Assembly: GCA_002633005.1 (NCBI GenBank)
Contig: NMRA01000223.1
Coordinates: 218,237 to 282,236, forward strand
Reading direction: 5' to 3'
From: Phoronis australis
Lineage: Eukaryota; Animalia; Phoronida
Length of the DNA: 64,000 bases
Part shown: positions 12,001 to 24,729 of the stretch, piece after piece
Position numbering within the stretch: position 1 is the stretch's first letter
Layout: every line of letters begins with the position of its first letter
Position numbers and translations under genes: made by a program
Notes under the pieces: model-generated
What the model saw: only the letters and a program-made list of their open reading frames with translations
The model's database searches: none
What the model was told of the DNA's origin: nothing

Positions 12001-13804
12001 GCAAACAGTGAAAAAGTCTTGCTTGCAGGCATCTAGAGTATGGATGTAAGTATGTACCTGAAATACAATAATTATGTAACTCAAATAGGTCAGCTAGTTT
12101 AAAAAACTACCTTATTATATCTTATTACCACCTAAAGCGCAATCACGCCGCTCAACTTCAAACATGGTTCGTCTCAACACGGTTATTATATCAGTAGCTA
12201 CTTCAAAACATTTCTAGGGAGGGGGGGAATTTCCCCTTCACAAAGATATAAATATCATCCATAAGTACAAAATGGCTTCAGTTAAAATGAAGGCTTGTGT
12301 GCAAAATCTACTAAGAGCAAAATAATGCATCACTGTCAAGCTTTTGCTGGGAAATGGCAAGAAAAAGACTAGATATTACGTGCACACTCCCTTTATCTTG
12401 TACTGTTACAATAAATCAATATACTAAAAAGAGGTAAAGGCAACAACATTGTGCATCACTGACTTTCTGTTTAATATTGAGCACATCTGCGAATTACTTT
12501 GTAACACCTTGAATACTAATTGAGGATTTATTTTTACCTGATGGCTTTCACCTTTCTTTGTGATACAAGCCGCCACGTGCCATGACATCCTTTTTACCAA
12601 ACCAGTCGGACTGTGCTTCACGGAAACTGATGGGTATGAACTTCATTGCAAAATCCATTACAACCAAAACTTGGTGTGGGGTGAGAGATGACATCAGATC
12701 CTGCTTTTCTTGTTCCTGGTTTATCCCTCTGACAATATTCTGTGTGTTCGTGATAACAGCACGTCAGTTTTTGTCTAAAACCAAGTCCAAACTCATGTTG
12801 ATGTGTAAAATATATAACGACGCATTTCCATTGACCATTGGTTTGCCCTTCCAACCTCCTATCTCCAGCTCTGGCAAGAATCAGCTGTAATTCCGATATA
12901 GTTTCAAACTTCTGTGGCACTTTGTACGACCTCAGATGACTTCTGACGTCTTAAACACACCTAATGAAGGCCACATTTCCTCCGCAATCACACGTATGTA
13001 ATGAAAATTGACCAAATGTACAAGAAGAAAATTCCTCCATATTCTTTGCAGTGACAGGAAGTGCATGTAATCTCGAACCCTAAAGTGCTATTGGTAAAGT
13101 TAAACGAAGAATGGAGTGTTATAGAAAATTGGGGTCTCAAAAGTGAAATTTAACTTTTTGTGATATTCCATTGTTGATGTTAGATCATATATTTTTGGTG
13201 ATATCTCCAAACTAAAAGAGTAGCCTCAACTCTCTTGTCAGTCAGAGTAAGGCCACATCACAAAAATGCCCAAATTCGCGGGCCACGTTTAAAACTAAAT
13301 ATATAAGAGACAAGTTTTTTTAAAAGCAATTATCAACGTTCAATCTTAGAAGTGTCTACAAAGAGAATTTCAGCGTCAAATATATTCCGATATAGCAGGC
13401 AGGTTAAGCAACATCTTACCACTTGTGACTGGCCTGAAAAGTGGTCTTGGAGTTTTCTCCCCTGCTGAAAATTTAATTGTACCTATGAGCTGCAAATTTC
13501 ATTTTCTTACTAACCTTACATGAGTCTTTATTACCATCAATGTCAAACTTTGTCACCAGTTTTCCAAGTCTGATTTTTGCCGTTCAAGAAATGCAGCTTT
13601 ACCGACATGAAAACATGCAAAATATGACTTTATAGCTAAATAGGTCATATCTCGGTAACCAAAGGTCATTGAGTGCAAATATTGCAGCAGTGTACTTTGG
13701 GCCAGCATCCCAACACGTGCACAAAGTATTAGTTCTGTATGAATTTTTGAGTACATGTATATATTGATTTTTCATTTTCATATGGTTTTTATATGGAATC
13801 ATTC
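9075..13804 (-). mobile_element. Sola3 DNA transposon (decayed, 5' part of the gene probably deleted)
   Basis: TTAA|GAGCAATTCCATATAAAAACCA ... TGGTTTTTATATGGAATCATTC|TTAA: TTAA TSD and GAG terminus. Contains the Sola3-type transposase listed below. Confidence 0.85.
10900..12920 (-). pseudogene. Sola3 DDD transposase pseudogene with one GT-AG intron (12058-12537)
   Basis: Motifs VMDFAMKFIP.SFREAQSDWFGKK/MSWH, then LRSDNANCYHS and KGKDICDR (three Asp), a C2H2-like finger CTHYGC..F..L.EH...H, and C-terminal FSEGEQSGTK. In-frame stop at 11683-11685 and frameshifts. Confidence 0.85.
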
Positions 13805-14724
13805 TTAAATTCTTGAAGTTTTCGCTTAAATATTCGGCAAATAAGTTATTTTTGGTTTACAAACTGAACATACCATTACACTGTCCCTTAATTCAAAATT
13901 TGCTCGCATTTTCAACTAAATTTGCGGTGGATGATTAACTAATATTCTTACAACGTTTTAGTAATTTAATTTAGAATAAAGCAACCGTAAGTCAAAGGTT
14001 GTTAGCATTGCTAATTAAACAATGCTTTGATTTGCATAACATATGATCCATGCAGGAGGCAGAATGCATGCATTTAGAAACAAATTTGTCAGCCAAAGAG
14101 TAAGGCCCTGAAACTGATATGTGGGCACCAACGGAAGATCCACTCATACTCGGGTGTTCTAAGTTAACGTATCAAGGACTACCTAAAACGGGCTCCGAAT
14201 GAGGGGGGACTTCAGTCGTTCTTGGGACGGATCTCCTGCATTCACATACGTGTAGCGACCTTCTCTGTAAAAACCATACATGTATGTTAATGTTGGCGGT
14301 ACGACTCTTCTAACGCCATTGGATATTGAACAGTCTAAGTGAAGAACTTCCGGAATTGGCTTCCCCATACCTTACTGTATCTCATCTTCATCAAAATGTA
14401 AGCGAACGGTACGAAAGATTTAACACTACTGACACTTTTAATTGCCGATCATACAACCAAGACCTCGTTTCCGATCGTTTTTTATGTTTGAGAGTTTGGC
14501 ACCAGAGATTTTTGACAGGGCCGTTTGGTTCGTGAGCAAACCCATTCTGAGACCTCAGTCCTAATGCTCTTAATATCTGTTGCAGGATTGAATAAATGAG
14601 GGCGTCGTGTTGGTGAACGTGCGGTACTACCGCTAAAATGGATTGTTCTAAATCCCCTTCTACCCCTTCGACCCACGACCTTCACGACCTAAAGCTCAAT
14701 CTATCCACAACCTGCGGCAATATG

Positions 14725-17700
14725 CAGCACACATCACGAATTTTTGTCCGCCCGGTCGGAAATTGGTTGACGACTAGCCGTCGACCGGTCGTCAAATTAG
14801 CCGACCGGTCGGCTAAAAATTAGCCGACCGGCAGCCGCCCGCAGTGCCGACTCATAGGGCGACTCCCCAGTCGACCCTTCAGTCGACCCTTCAGCCGACC
14901 AGGCTAGGGTAGCAGTTGCGTAATAGGTTGTCGGGCTGATACCACTTTGCGTGTCAATGCATATTCGTCTCAGCACAGGGTGAAATAAATTAACCTAGCT
15001 GCCTCGGTTACATGAGTTCACGTCGGTTGTGTAACACCACTAATTCGAAGGTTGAAGGCAAGCGGTAATAGTAAACATTGGATTATGGACAACGCAACAA
15101 GTTTTGGATGAAAAACGTGAAAGTTTTCTTTACATTTGATCTTTAATTTGACTCGTGACGTTAACAAGTTGTATTAGATTGGCTGATTCCCGGTCAATAC
15201 AACGCTGTAGTCATTTTGTAAACGCGGCTATTTTTCGCAGTCTTCGCCCACAATTGATTTTGTTTTTCTAACGCCAAACTGCATCAGTTCGCGTTTTCTA
15301 AGTTACATGTATTCACCGGTCTCCTATCACGCGCCCATGATGATGGATTAGTGAGTGGGTTGTTACACCCCGAAGAGCTCTCACTCCGGGGATTTTATTT
15401 TCATAGTATTGACCCTTGCAGTACAGACGCGAAATTCACGGTCAAGTATGCCCTAAACCCACGGACTTCGATGGCTCTAACTTCGAAATCATGCTATGCT
15501 TACGATTTCCACGAACTAAGGTGACATCAAACACGGAATGACCACTGTTGAGGCTACAAAAATTCTGTCTTTACGTATTCCGTTTTCATGTATCGGTGAC
15601 GTTAAATCCTGGACTAGTTACATGTACACGTAGGCCCCTATCAGTTGGTCGTTCACGTTGTTCCAAAAATAGATATTTTCTGTCAACAACATATTGACAA
15701 ATTATGTAAAATAAAAGAATTGTGAACGGGAAGATGTGAATACGTGGTGAAGAGGTATTTGTCTCTACGCGGCATATGTGCGTGAATCTTTGGTAAAGCG
15801 ATTGCGATGGCAAAAAATGATAGAAAATACATCGAGGTGCACTTTTGAGAAGCAAAACGTCTGGCGATATGTATAGCGTATGATCTGGCCACCATAGGAA
15901 GTAAGTGACGTGAATGAGAATGGCAACTACATGTTTGGCGCGAAAATAAAAAAATCATGCTTGTATCGCCANNNNNNNNNNNCCCTCCTCCCCGAGTTTT
16001 GCACATTCTAATGAGTCACCACTCGAGATTTGGTTCCGTTTCTGTCCTAAAATCGAAGAATAATTTTTCTGTGCTCAGCTGTAAGATAAATACAATTTTT
16101 TGAAATGGTGCTCAGTCTTAAAAAACTTTCCAGCATGAGAGCGCTTTATCAGAAATGCCAAGCAAACGCAGGCTTGTAAGACAGAGACATTGGCGTTTCC
16201 GTATGTCCACAAAAGTGCTTCATTTCGCTTTTCTACACTGACGACTATGGTCAACACGGTGTTTTCAAAAAGTACACTTTTGAGGGCATTTTCAAAAATT
16301 CTGATGAATTCAGCGAGTCGGTGCCCACGGGCAGAAAACGGTATCTGCGTAAAGAAAGAATTGCGTTTTCAAAACATTCAGAGCATGAGCTAAAGGACTT
16401 CCTGAGAAAGAAAATAAAACAGAATATCAAACAGAAACTTGTCCAATGAATATATAGCTCTTGGAAAACTGTTACCCCAAAGAAATGTGCAAAATACGAA
16501 CGTCATTTACGGAAGGTTTTACCAGAAGTGATTCGTTGCAGTGGAGACGCCACGGGATAGTAAAAACACTGTGCTGTGCACTAGTTAGCTAAATGGAAAG
16601 CTGAAGCGGAAAAATCCAGAACACAAATTTTCTATTCAGGAATTGAAATCTCTGTAGAATCAAAAACAATTGGCAACCAGGATTTATTGCGTCAAAAAAC
16701 TTATCACGCCAGGACAGAGTTGTTTTCATGACCGGAGACCACGTGATCACTCATTATTCAACGATCACAATCCAGTGTGGCATCTATTGTAAATTGTAAA
16801 ATTAGTAATCATACTTTTACAGTGGTTCATAACAAATGGATTTATTGAACCCAGTAAATATTTTTGCAACTGCCAATCTGCATATTAGACATGCATATTG
16901 CATCATACCTCATCAGTGTAAAACTTGTTATCAATCTTAGTAGATACAATTACTTTTATCATTGCCACAAGACGTTAACAAACGCAGTCAGTGTCTGTAA
17001 CTATTGTGTCTACAATGCTGATGAATTAAAGTCGGTCTAATTCCATTTATATATCACTGATTCATGCCAAAGGTATGAGATTACGCCCCCTTAAGAGTTT
17101 TGACTTGCCCTGGTGATCACTAGAATCCGATGCAATAAACTTATAGAAGTTGTTTTTAACCAGTGTAATGGAGCTGAAAATTGTGTGCGTTTTCGTTTGC
17201 GAGAGTGTTTTTTGAATCACTGGGTTAATAATTTTTACGCTCTACATGAAAACACGGACTACTTTTTTTAGGATTACATGTACCAGGTTACCCCGAAAAT
17301 ATAATTTTCAAAAGTTTTACACCTTGGAGTATAGGCGAAACGCCAAGTATTGTGTTCTAACGCCAGAGTGCTCGGAAGGCTCTAGCCTTGGTGCGAAGCT
17401 GTTTACTAAATTAAATATACAAATTTGCGCCTTTGTGGGTAAAAACTAACCGAATAAAATCTTCCTAGAGTTATCTAAATTATTTACCAGCGTTGCAAAA
17501 TTAGGTTTTCTACAATTATTCTGCTGCTAAAATTATTTTGTGATCTTTTGCGTCGACTTACGACGCAATGAAATATTGCATCACCTATTAGCCAGTTTCT
17601 TTTTCCCAGATTCTTCAATCAAACGTTCTCCCTCGAGGTTGCGTAAACGTCACGACAAATGATCAGAATTGGTTTCACTTCATGATATGCTTTTGGAATT

Positions 17701-18996
17701 TTGATATCAGTGAACCGAATTTTAGAACAAATTTTGCTGACATGTTGTCACCATCTAATGGGAGATATCGAAAACCACTTTGAAAGTGGCGCGTGTCACG
17801 AATGAACTCTTCAAAACGACGACATACCTTTTTGTTACAAAAGGCAGAGAATTACGCAAGAAGATGACGTCGAATATTTTTCGCTTTAACGGCCGTAACG
17901 GGCAACTTGAATGTCAATTGACTTCCAGAGCTTGCTTGCACACCCGCCGGTCTTGAGCTCATGTTGATACAAGCTTTTCGACGAGGTGACAAGCGTACAT
18001 GTAATTATCCGGGCTGTGTGAAGTTTTGAGGTCTGTTTGAGCTCAATACGCAGTGGCACATTGCTGTATTTTGAAAATGGTCTTCATACAGCTAGCTAGC
18101 TAGATAGGAAGGCTCTAGCTTCGAAAAGATTTTTTAATGCGAAAGTGACAACAATTTCAGATTGATGATGGATGATGGATGACACTATAAACCGAACACA
18201 GTCTTCCGTTTCCACGATTTAATATCGGCGCTATGTTCAAACCATTGTTTATGCTGTTCCTAAAATAAACTTGGGTTCTATTGCAGTACCAACATATTAA
18301 GAAATTATACAGACATAAACAATAATTATCTGTGGTAAACGCCATATACAGCGTGATGAAGTGATGATCAAGAGCAATAACGGATGAGCACAAATGCGTG
18401 CTGATTGTTGAGCATTCCGCGGCATGAAAACACTTGAGGTCGTAAACTATCCAGTGTTGTATTCTGATTTTTATGCAATTTTACTGTAAATTTCAAATTT
18501 CGTGCTTGTTTTTATGCATAATGTACTGTATAAATAGTCTCATATCTAAAGTTAGAAATTATGCTTCCGCGACATCACTTAACGTTTGATTTTACCACGC
18601 CGTCATTAATTCAACATTAATTTTACGTTGGTGTAATGTCACGCACTTCGTATTTGTAGGTTGATTCGATTTTACATCCTTTCAATAGTTGAACAAAAGT
18701 TGATAAACCGATGTCAAGACCAGAGTTGCCACTGGTAAACGAACAGCGAACAGTTAAATGTTTGTTTGTCCAAAGTTCACCCGATAAGTCATAAAATGGT
18801 AATTGCCGACCAAGGACACGCTTAATCCGAATTGGTCGTCTACGCTAGGGAACTCTTAGCCGACCCAAGTCCCGACCACAGAAGCGACTCAGCAGACGGC
18901 GCCTAGCCGACCGCTGTTGGTCGACTGCTGGTCGGCTAGACGACCGGCCGTCGACCAATTTCCGACCGGTCGGACAAAAATTCGTGATGTGTGCTG
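14725..18996 (+). mobile_element. Non-autonomous TIR element, family 'CAGCACAC', copy A (4.3 kb)
   Basis: TIR CAGCACACATCACGAATTTTTGTCCG...CGGACAAAAATTCGTGATGTGTGCTG. Flanks TG/TA (TA in copy D). Subterminal GCCGACC/CGACCGGTCG repeats. Homologous to 24730-25914, 28865-30891 and 60365-63700. Confidence 0.9.
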
Positions 18997-19309
18997 TAGG
19001 TATCCTTGTGCTTTTTACAAATCAGATAATCGTATTACGTCGCCCCTTGTCATTCTCATGAGACTTAAAACTACGCGAATCCACTCTCGCTCAAGTGGTT
19101 CAAAATAGGACGTGGTGTAAAAAACAACACTTGAAACGGCAGATTCTGAGTGTGCGATGTTCGCAACAGAAGTAGTCCTACGTGCGGCTATCGATGACCC
19201 TGTCCTACTAAACATAATTAAGGAGACAGTACGTTAACGTGCAAAAAATTATTAATTTCACTATTATAGTATTTGTTTTCGGCCGTATGCTCGTGCCTCC
19301 GTCGATAAG

Positions 19310-19410
19310 CTGACGGAGCCGAACCCTTTTTGGGTATTGTAAGTTGTAGGGTTTGTAGGTCGTGAGTCGCGGGACGAGGGAGTTGTGGGTCGCGGGGGTT
19401 TTAGATTAAT
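19310..19410. repeat. Dispersed repeat, inverted relative to 41320-41490
   Basis: CTGACGGAGCCGAACC...TTTGGGTATTGTAAGT...GAGGGAGTTGTGG matches the reverse complement of CCACAACTCCCTC...ACTTACAATACCCAAA...GGTTCGGCTCCGTCAG. Confidence 0.7.
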
Positions 19411-19687
19411 TTCCAAAAAAAATCGCGGTCATTGCTGCGCACGTAGCCATTTCTATTCTTCGTGATCATCTGGTCACTAGAGCTCAAATCGTGCTTGCGG
19501 CATTCTGCTAATTTAAAACTAAGGCTAAGATTCTTTTTGGTCACGTTTGGGGTCATGCTTTGACATTTTAGGTGTCCCTTTTAAAAACACGGGTAGCGTA
19601 GTCTCTACTGACTGAGGTCAAACTATATACATCGTGTCCCAAATGTACTCATAATATACTACTATACATGTACGTCGTCTGCTAATC

Positions 19688-19882
19688 GTGGTCGGCTACT
19701 GTGTGGCCGGTTGTTCGGCCACACACGCAAAATGCAAAGGAAGTAGCTTCCACACCATCCGAAGACCCCATAATCGGCTGTGGGAAGAAAACCTTACTTC
19801 CTGTGTCAACGTGAATGGCAGTTGTTTCAGCAATAAGACTTTATACATTTGTTCAAGGCACTTCGAAGGTGAATGTTGTTAA
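19688..19882 (+). pseudogene. THAP zinc-finger remnant (N-terminus of a P-element/Kolobok-type transposase)
   Basis: YCVAGCS...SFH...P...W...YICSRHFE is the C2CH THAP signature; a stop follows immediately. Confidence 0.75.
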
Positions 19883-21008
19883 GAAACTCTACTACTTAAT
19901 CCTGTCTTCACAAATCCATTTTAGTTTCCCCGTTTTGATGAAAACTAACTGGTAAACTTTTTACGAAAATTATCCTCTAAATTTCTTCCAAAGGTAGTGA
20001 CTCGTAAACTCTTGTCTTTACGAAGAAGTTCAGCGATAGCCTAGTGAGCGAATTAACCAAATTACTCTCTGTTGGCCCTGATCAGACGGTTGGTCCCAGC
20101 AGAATGCGCACATTCGGCCAGGATTTGGATAAGCGATTTCAACAAATTCCCATTCGTGTACAAATAAATAGAACGCTGTTAAAACCTTTAACAGCAATAA
20201 AGATTACATGTATAATTCATAAATAACCACCCAGACCAGTCAAAATCTATGTCGCAATTCAACAGCAGGTTACACACTCATTTCATGTCGAATATATGTC
20301 ACACAAAATCTCTCTACTGCAGTCTATGAGAATGCAACCAACTTCTTTGAAAACATGGAACAGGAACACCAGAGGGGTGTAAAGGTTGTTTTTATTCTTC
20401 AATGTTAATTTTTTTGTAAGCAGACATATATGTTTTTTTTAAATTTTCGCCTTAAGTCCTAACATTTCTAAACTTAAGCCTTTCAAACGAACGTTTATGA
20501 CGAAAACAAAATGCTCCAACCAGTTTTGTGAAGTCCTATGCCACCTGTAGGGTACATAATGAGCCATCCCACTCCTAATGTACCAAAAGGGTCCCGTGCA
20601 TAAATGATACTAAGTATTGGCCTTCTGAAATATTACCGTATGCGCCCTAATAAGCGGCTAGGGTGCTTAGCAAAATACGCTTCAGGACGAGGGCGCTTAT
20701 TAATTGCCGTGAATCAGGTTTCAAGCTCCTCAGCTTGGTTAAACTATATATCAATAAACCATAAAAATGGTTCCAAGTGATCAGTGCAATGCCTGCGCAC
20801 GTCTAATAAATCTAGGGCCCGTTCCAAGAAACTGACTTAAGTTCATTTTTGACTTAAGTTTAAGACTTTTCTTAAGTTTTTGACTTAAGACAAATCCTAA
20901 GATTATTTTGCGTTCCAAGAAACAATCTTAGCTAAGACTGACTTAAGTTTTTGTCTTAACTTTAAGTCAACTTTCACCTTGTCTTAACTCGATCTTAAGT
21001 TTGTCAAA

Positions 21009-21532
21009 ATGGCCGTATTCCACATTCGTCAGCGAAGAAATGAAAACCTAGGCAGAGTTTATCGAGAGCGTCTTCACTACGACTCGTATGTTGACCGGTA
21101 CCGGATGAACAAGGATGCAGTTGACTTATTATGCTCTTTTTTAAAAGACGACCTCGAGCCAGAAACTCGCAGAGGATATTCACTTACAACTGAGCAGCAA
21201 GTCTCAGTTGCATTGCGGTTCTACGCCACTGGAAGCTTTCAAACGGTCGTAGGTGATAGCCAAGGGGTGACTAAGTCGACCGTTTCAAGAACGATCACAA
21301 AAGTAACAAATGCCATCAACAATTCACCCGACTTGTCGCTCCCCAACTTGATCGACAACATCGATCTGTACCAGCGGCAATTCCATCAAGTCGCTGGCTT
21401 TCCCCGTGTTGTGGGATGCGTAGATGGGTCACTAGTAGCGATTAGAGCACCACAGCATGATGAGCAAACATTTGTTTGCAGAAAAGGCTTCCATGCCATA
21501 AACGTTCAAGTGGTTGCAGACCCCTTTTTAAG
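21009..21532 (+). CDS. Harbinger (HARBI1-like) DDE transposase, exon 1 only
   Basis: Open frame with YRM, ALRFYATGSFQ..VGD..GV.KSTVSR, FPRVVGCVDGS (first catalytic Asp) and CRKGFHAINVQVV; ends at the donor AG|GTAAGT. Confidence 0.88.
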
Positions 21533-22815
21533 GTAAGTATCCCAAGTTAATGTCCTTGCTAGAACAACAAAGTCGTCTTAAATAACAGTGTAGGCTACTA
21601 CTCGACACTATATGAACCGTAATTATAAACTTAAGCTGTTTGATTGACCTCACGCGCGACCAAGCAGTCTCTGTTATTGCCTTTGAATACAATGTGTTAC
21701 TGACTTCTGTCGCACGCACTGTCACACCATGGTGTATTAAAGAGGTACTATCTGATATTTCTTGGATGAAAAATTTAAAGGTGCGCTATCCCAAATTCTT
21801 TAGTTGAGAAAATGTGGCCACTGTGAACGTTTTCACGGTATGAGAAACTTTCGGAAATAAGTGCCAATATTCATTTCCTGCCGATGCTATGCTACCCGCT
21901 TCGTGAATAGATAGTTACTTGTATGTAGCGCGCGCTCTTGTGTTGCTGCTTTAGAAGCTGGCCAAGTGTTTATTAGTCTTCGGTTCGCGGTTTTCACGTG
22001 CACACACAAATTTGGACTCCTGTTGAGGGAGTAGATCTGTACGTGAAAGGTGCAATACAATGCCTTTGACGAGTATGCTGTGCCTGTTCTGAAAGGCCAC
22101 CACCGGCATAATCCGGAGCACGTTCCTCGCAAGACAAGCCCAATTTATCGGTTCTTCATGAAGCACGGCAGAAGTTTGAAGTGTATAGTCACGGCTAAAT
22201 ACCAACATAGTGGCGAGGCTCGTGGTCTATGAATTCCGCGCACAATGATTTTTTTAGGACTGTCGGATCTTATCGATGAATTGAAGACGTGACTGTAGAG
22301 TTTTAGAACTGTAGGTAAGGCATTTTTCACATGAACACGCATGGGCTGAGTGCTTATTTTGGCGAAGTCTGGAAACGCGTGAAGGGGGCTCTCATAGGGC
22401 GAATTTGGTATATAAAATTGAAGACAGGAAAAATATCCATAATTTCTCCACTGATTTATTTTTTCATTTGTCTTTGAATTAAAATCAAGCCATGCCATAT
22501 ATGAAATAGTCCAGTGATAATACTATGGCTAAAACTAACTCGACAGCTCACGCGCGTGTGTCAAGTAAGAAAGGCAAAGAGATACTTTGGAAGGCAAAAA
22601 AGATACTTTAAATGCAATCAGATTGCACGAGCATTCATTTGGTCGTCGTCTGCACTGGTTCATAGACATAAAGCATCGCTGTCATCAGAATATATGTGAG
22701 AGGTATTTTTGTTGCGAAGTGAGCTATTTTCTAGCACCAAATATATCGTGGTGACAAGGCCAAAGGCAAGAAGGCCCGTGGCCGTGGTCTTGATGAGTGA
22801 GTTTAATACACTAAC

Positions 22816-22964
22816 CTTGACGCTATGTGAAGCCAAGCATCTCGCTTGGAGCTTTGCGTGACAGAGGATGAAAATTTGGAAGATAAAACGTCATTGTGCT
22901 TGGCCACACCAGCAACCAAGCGAGCTAGCTCCGCTACCGAAAAATTCGGCTTCCTTTTGTCCAT
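22816..22964 (-). CDS. Harbinger Myb/SANT-like DNA-binding protein, exon 1 only
   Basis: MDKRKPNFSVAELARLV...K.DAW..IA matches the MSANTD/NAIF1-type trihelix N-terminus; ends at the donor AG|GTTAGT. Confidence 0.82.
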
Positions 22965-24729
22965 GTCGTCTGCTGCAAAAGCGCTTCTTTCTCCACCTCC
23001 AAGTTTTGAAACTTCCACATCCGGTAAGCTACGTCAAACTTAAGACAAAACTTAAGTCAAAAACTTAAGACGAACTTAAGATCACTTTCTTGGAACGGAC
23101 TTGAGACAAATTTAAGATTTGTCTTAAAATTGACTTAAGTTTAAGATTTGTCTTAGCTAAGACAGTTTTCTTGGAACGGGCCCCCGTATCATGCAGCTCC
23201 TGATTTAAACAAAGGTCTGTTTTTTTAATTTCGGTCCGGTATAAATGACGCCACAGACCTGCAAATCCAGCAAAACACTTCTATCTTACAAATCTGACAA
23301 TCCCTAGTCTCAGAAAATTTGAACACCCGGCAAAAGATACTAATGATGGAATTCTGGTGATGATAATCACCCACTTTGTTTATTTACTTCACCTCGATTT
23401 GAAATACTTGGTAAAATGAAGCCCATTCGAGTAAGCATCGTGTGGGTCCCAATGCCAACCCAATATATGACAGAACCCAACATGTTGCAGTCAAGTCCGG
23501 ATGGACATCAATAAGGAAATTTACTGTATCAACAGATTGGCAAAATAAGAATAAGGTACAGTGTTGCTACAGTACACACGTGCACGATACTTGGTCTATT
23601 ATTTTCTCACCGTAAATGCATGAACCAACCAGATCACCAATGGCGCAAAGTTTTCGAAAACAGATCGATTTTTAGGGAGTCCTGTTTTACTGTTCCATTT
23701 ATTTTCAAAACTTTATTGTGTTACATTAAGTTTATTTTCTGCTCAACTCAATGAAGCCACCTAATATGAGTGCATTCAACACAATTAATGCATTGTAAAA
23801 AACAAAAGTTATGCTCTATCAACGTTGGACAAAATCAGTACACCCGTTTCTTAAAAAATGGGTTAAAAGTTAGAAACAAAGGACACAAGTGTCCATCACT
23901 TGTAACGTCCATTTTCGTCATTGATGTTGGGGAGGAACATCAGTCTGGCGACAGCAACACGGAATCGCACGAAGGCGATGATTTTCAAAATTTGATTCGT
24001 TTTCGTAGTATGTCTTTTTCCCCAATGGTTCAGGGCTACAGTCTGCACTTCTGAATCCAGGAACAAGAACGGGAAAAAGCAGGGTTCGTGATAACGTGGG
24101 AGAACGGTAACACTTATATAAGGTGTTACAACTGTCATCGATATTGTCATCTCCTCTGTTTTTATCCAACCTTCGCAGATGAAAACTTGAATGAAGAGAA
24201 CCTTCAGTACTTGATTGAGCATGGTATACTGTGTGATTTATGTTGAATTATTCAACGGTTCTTTTAAGAACCATTTCACGCTATACCTACAACCAACGGC
24301 TCTTTAAGCGCCACTCAACACTTCCCAGAAGAACTGCTTTCTTGAGAATGTTGATTTATAAACATGCTTTCGTAGTTTTCTCAGTAGGCCTATGTGAACC
24401 ATCAATCAAAAACTGTCCGATAACTATGCTGCTATTGGACAAGCAGACGACGTAATCGGTCGGCACCGAAGTTTGAATTTTGTAATTAATTACCAGTAGC
24501 ATTGCCATAAGTACTCACAATACCAACAATTCTACTATTGAAAGACTTTGAAAAACGTTTCAATGCCAAAATTAATATTTTTTCGTTGTTTTGGAAAGGT
24601 AAAATAGATGCTAGAAATTTTTGTCAAAATACACTAACCGGAAACTGCACCAGAAAGGTCAGGAGAGTTCAGCTCATCACGTAAGAATATGCCGGAATTG
24701 CGAATCTGTTGTCAATAATCTATGATAAC

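Larger units (their letters stand above)
20815..23183. mobile_element. PIF/Harbinger transposon, internally deleted
   Basis: TIR GGGCCCGTTCCAAGAAA...TTTCTTGGAACGGGCCC; (GA)CTTAAG subterminal arrays; convergent transposase and Myb/SANT exons. TSD unclear (CTA/CCG). Confidence 0.92.

Noticed and set aside
21009-21536. Domesticated host gene HARBI1
   Set aside because: It lies between TIRs with a partner Myb exon and lacks the remaining catalytic exons, so it is a transposon copy.
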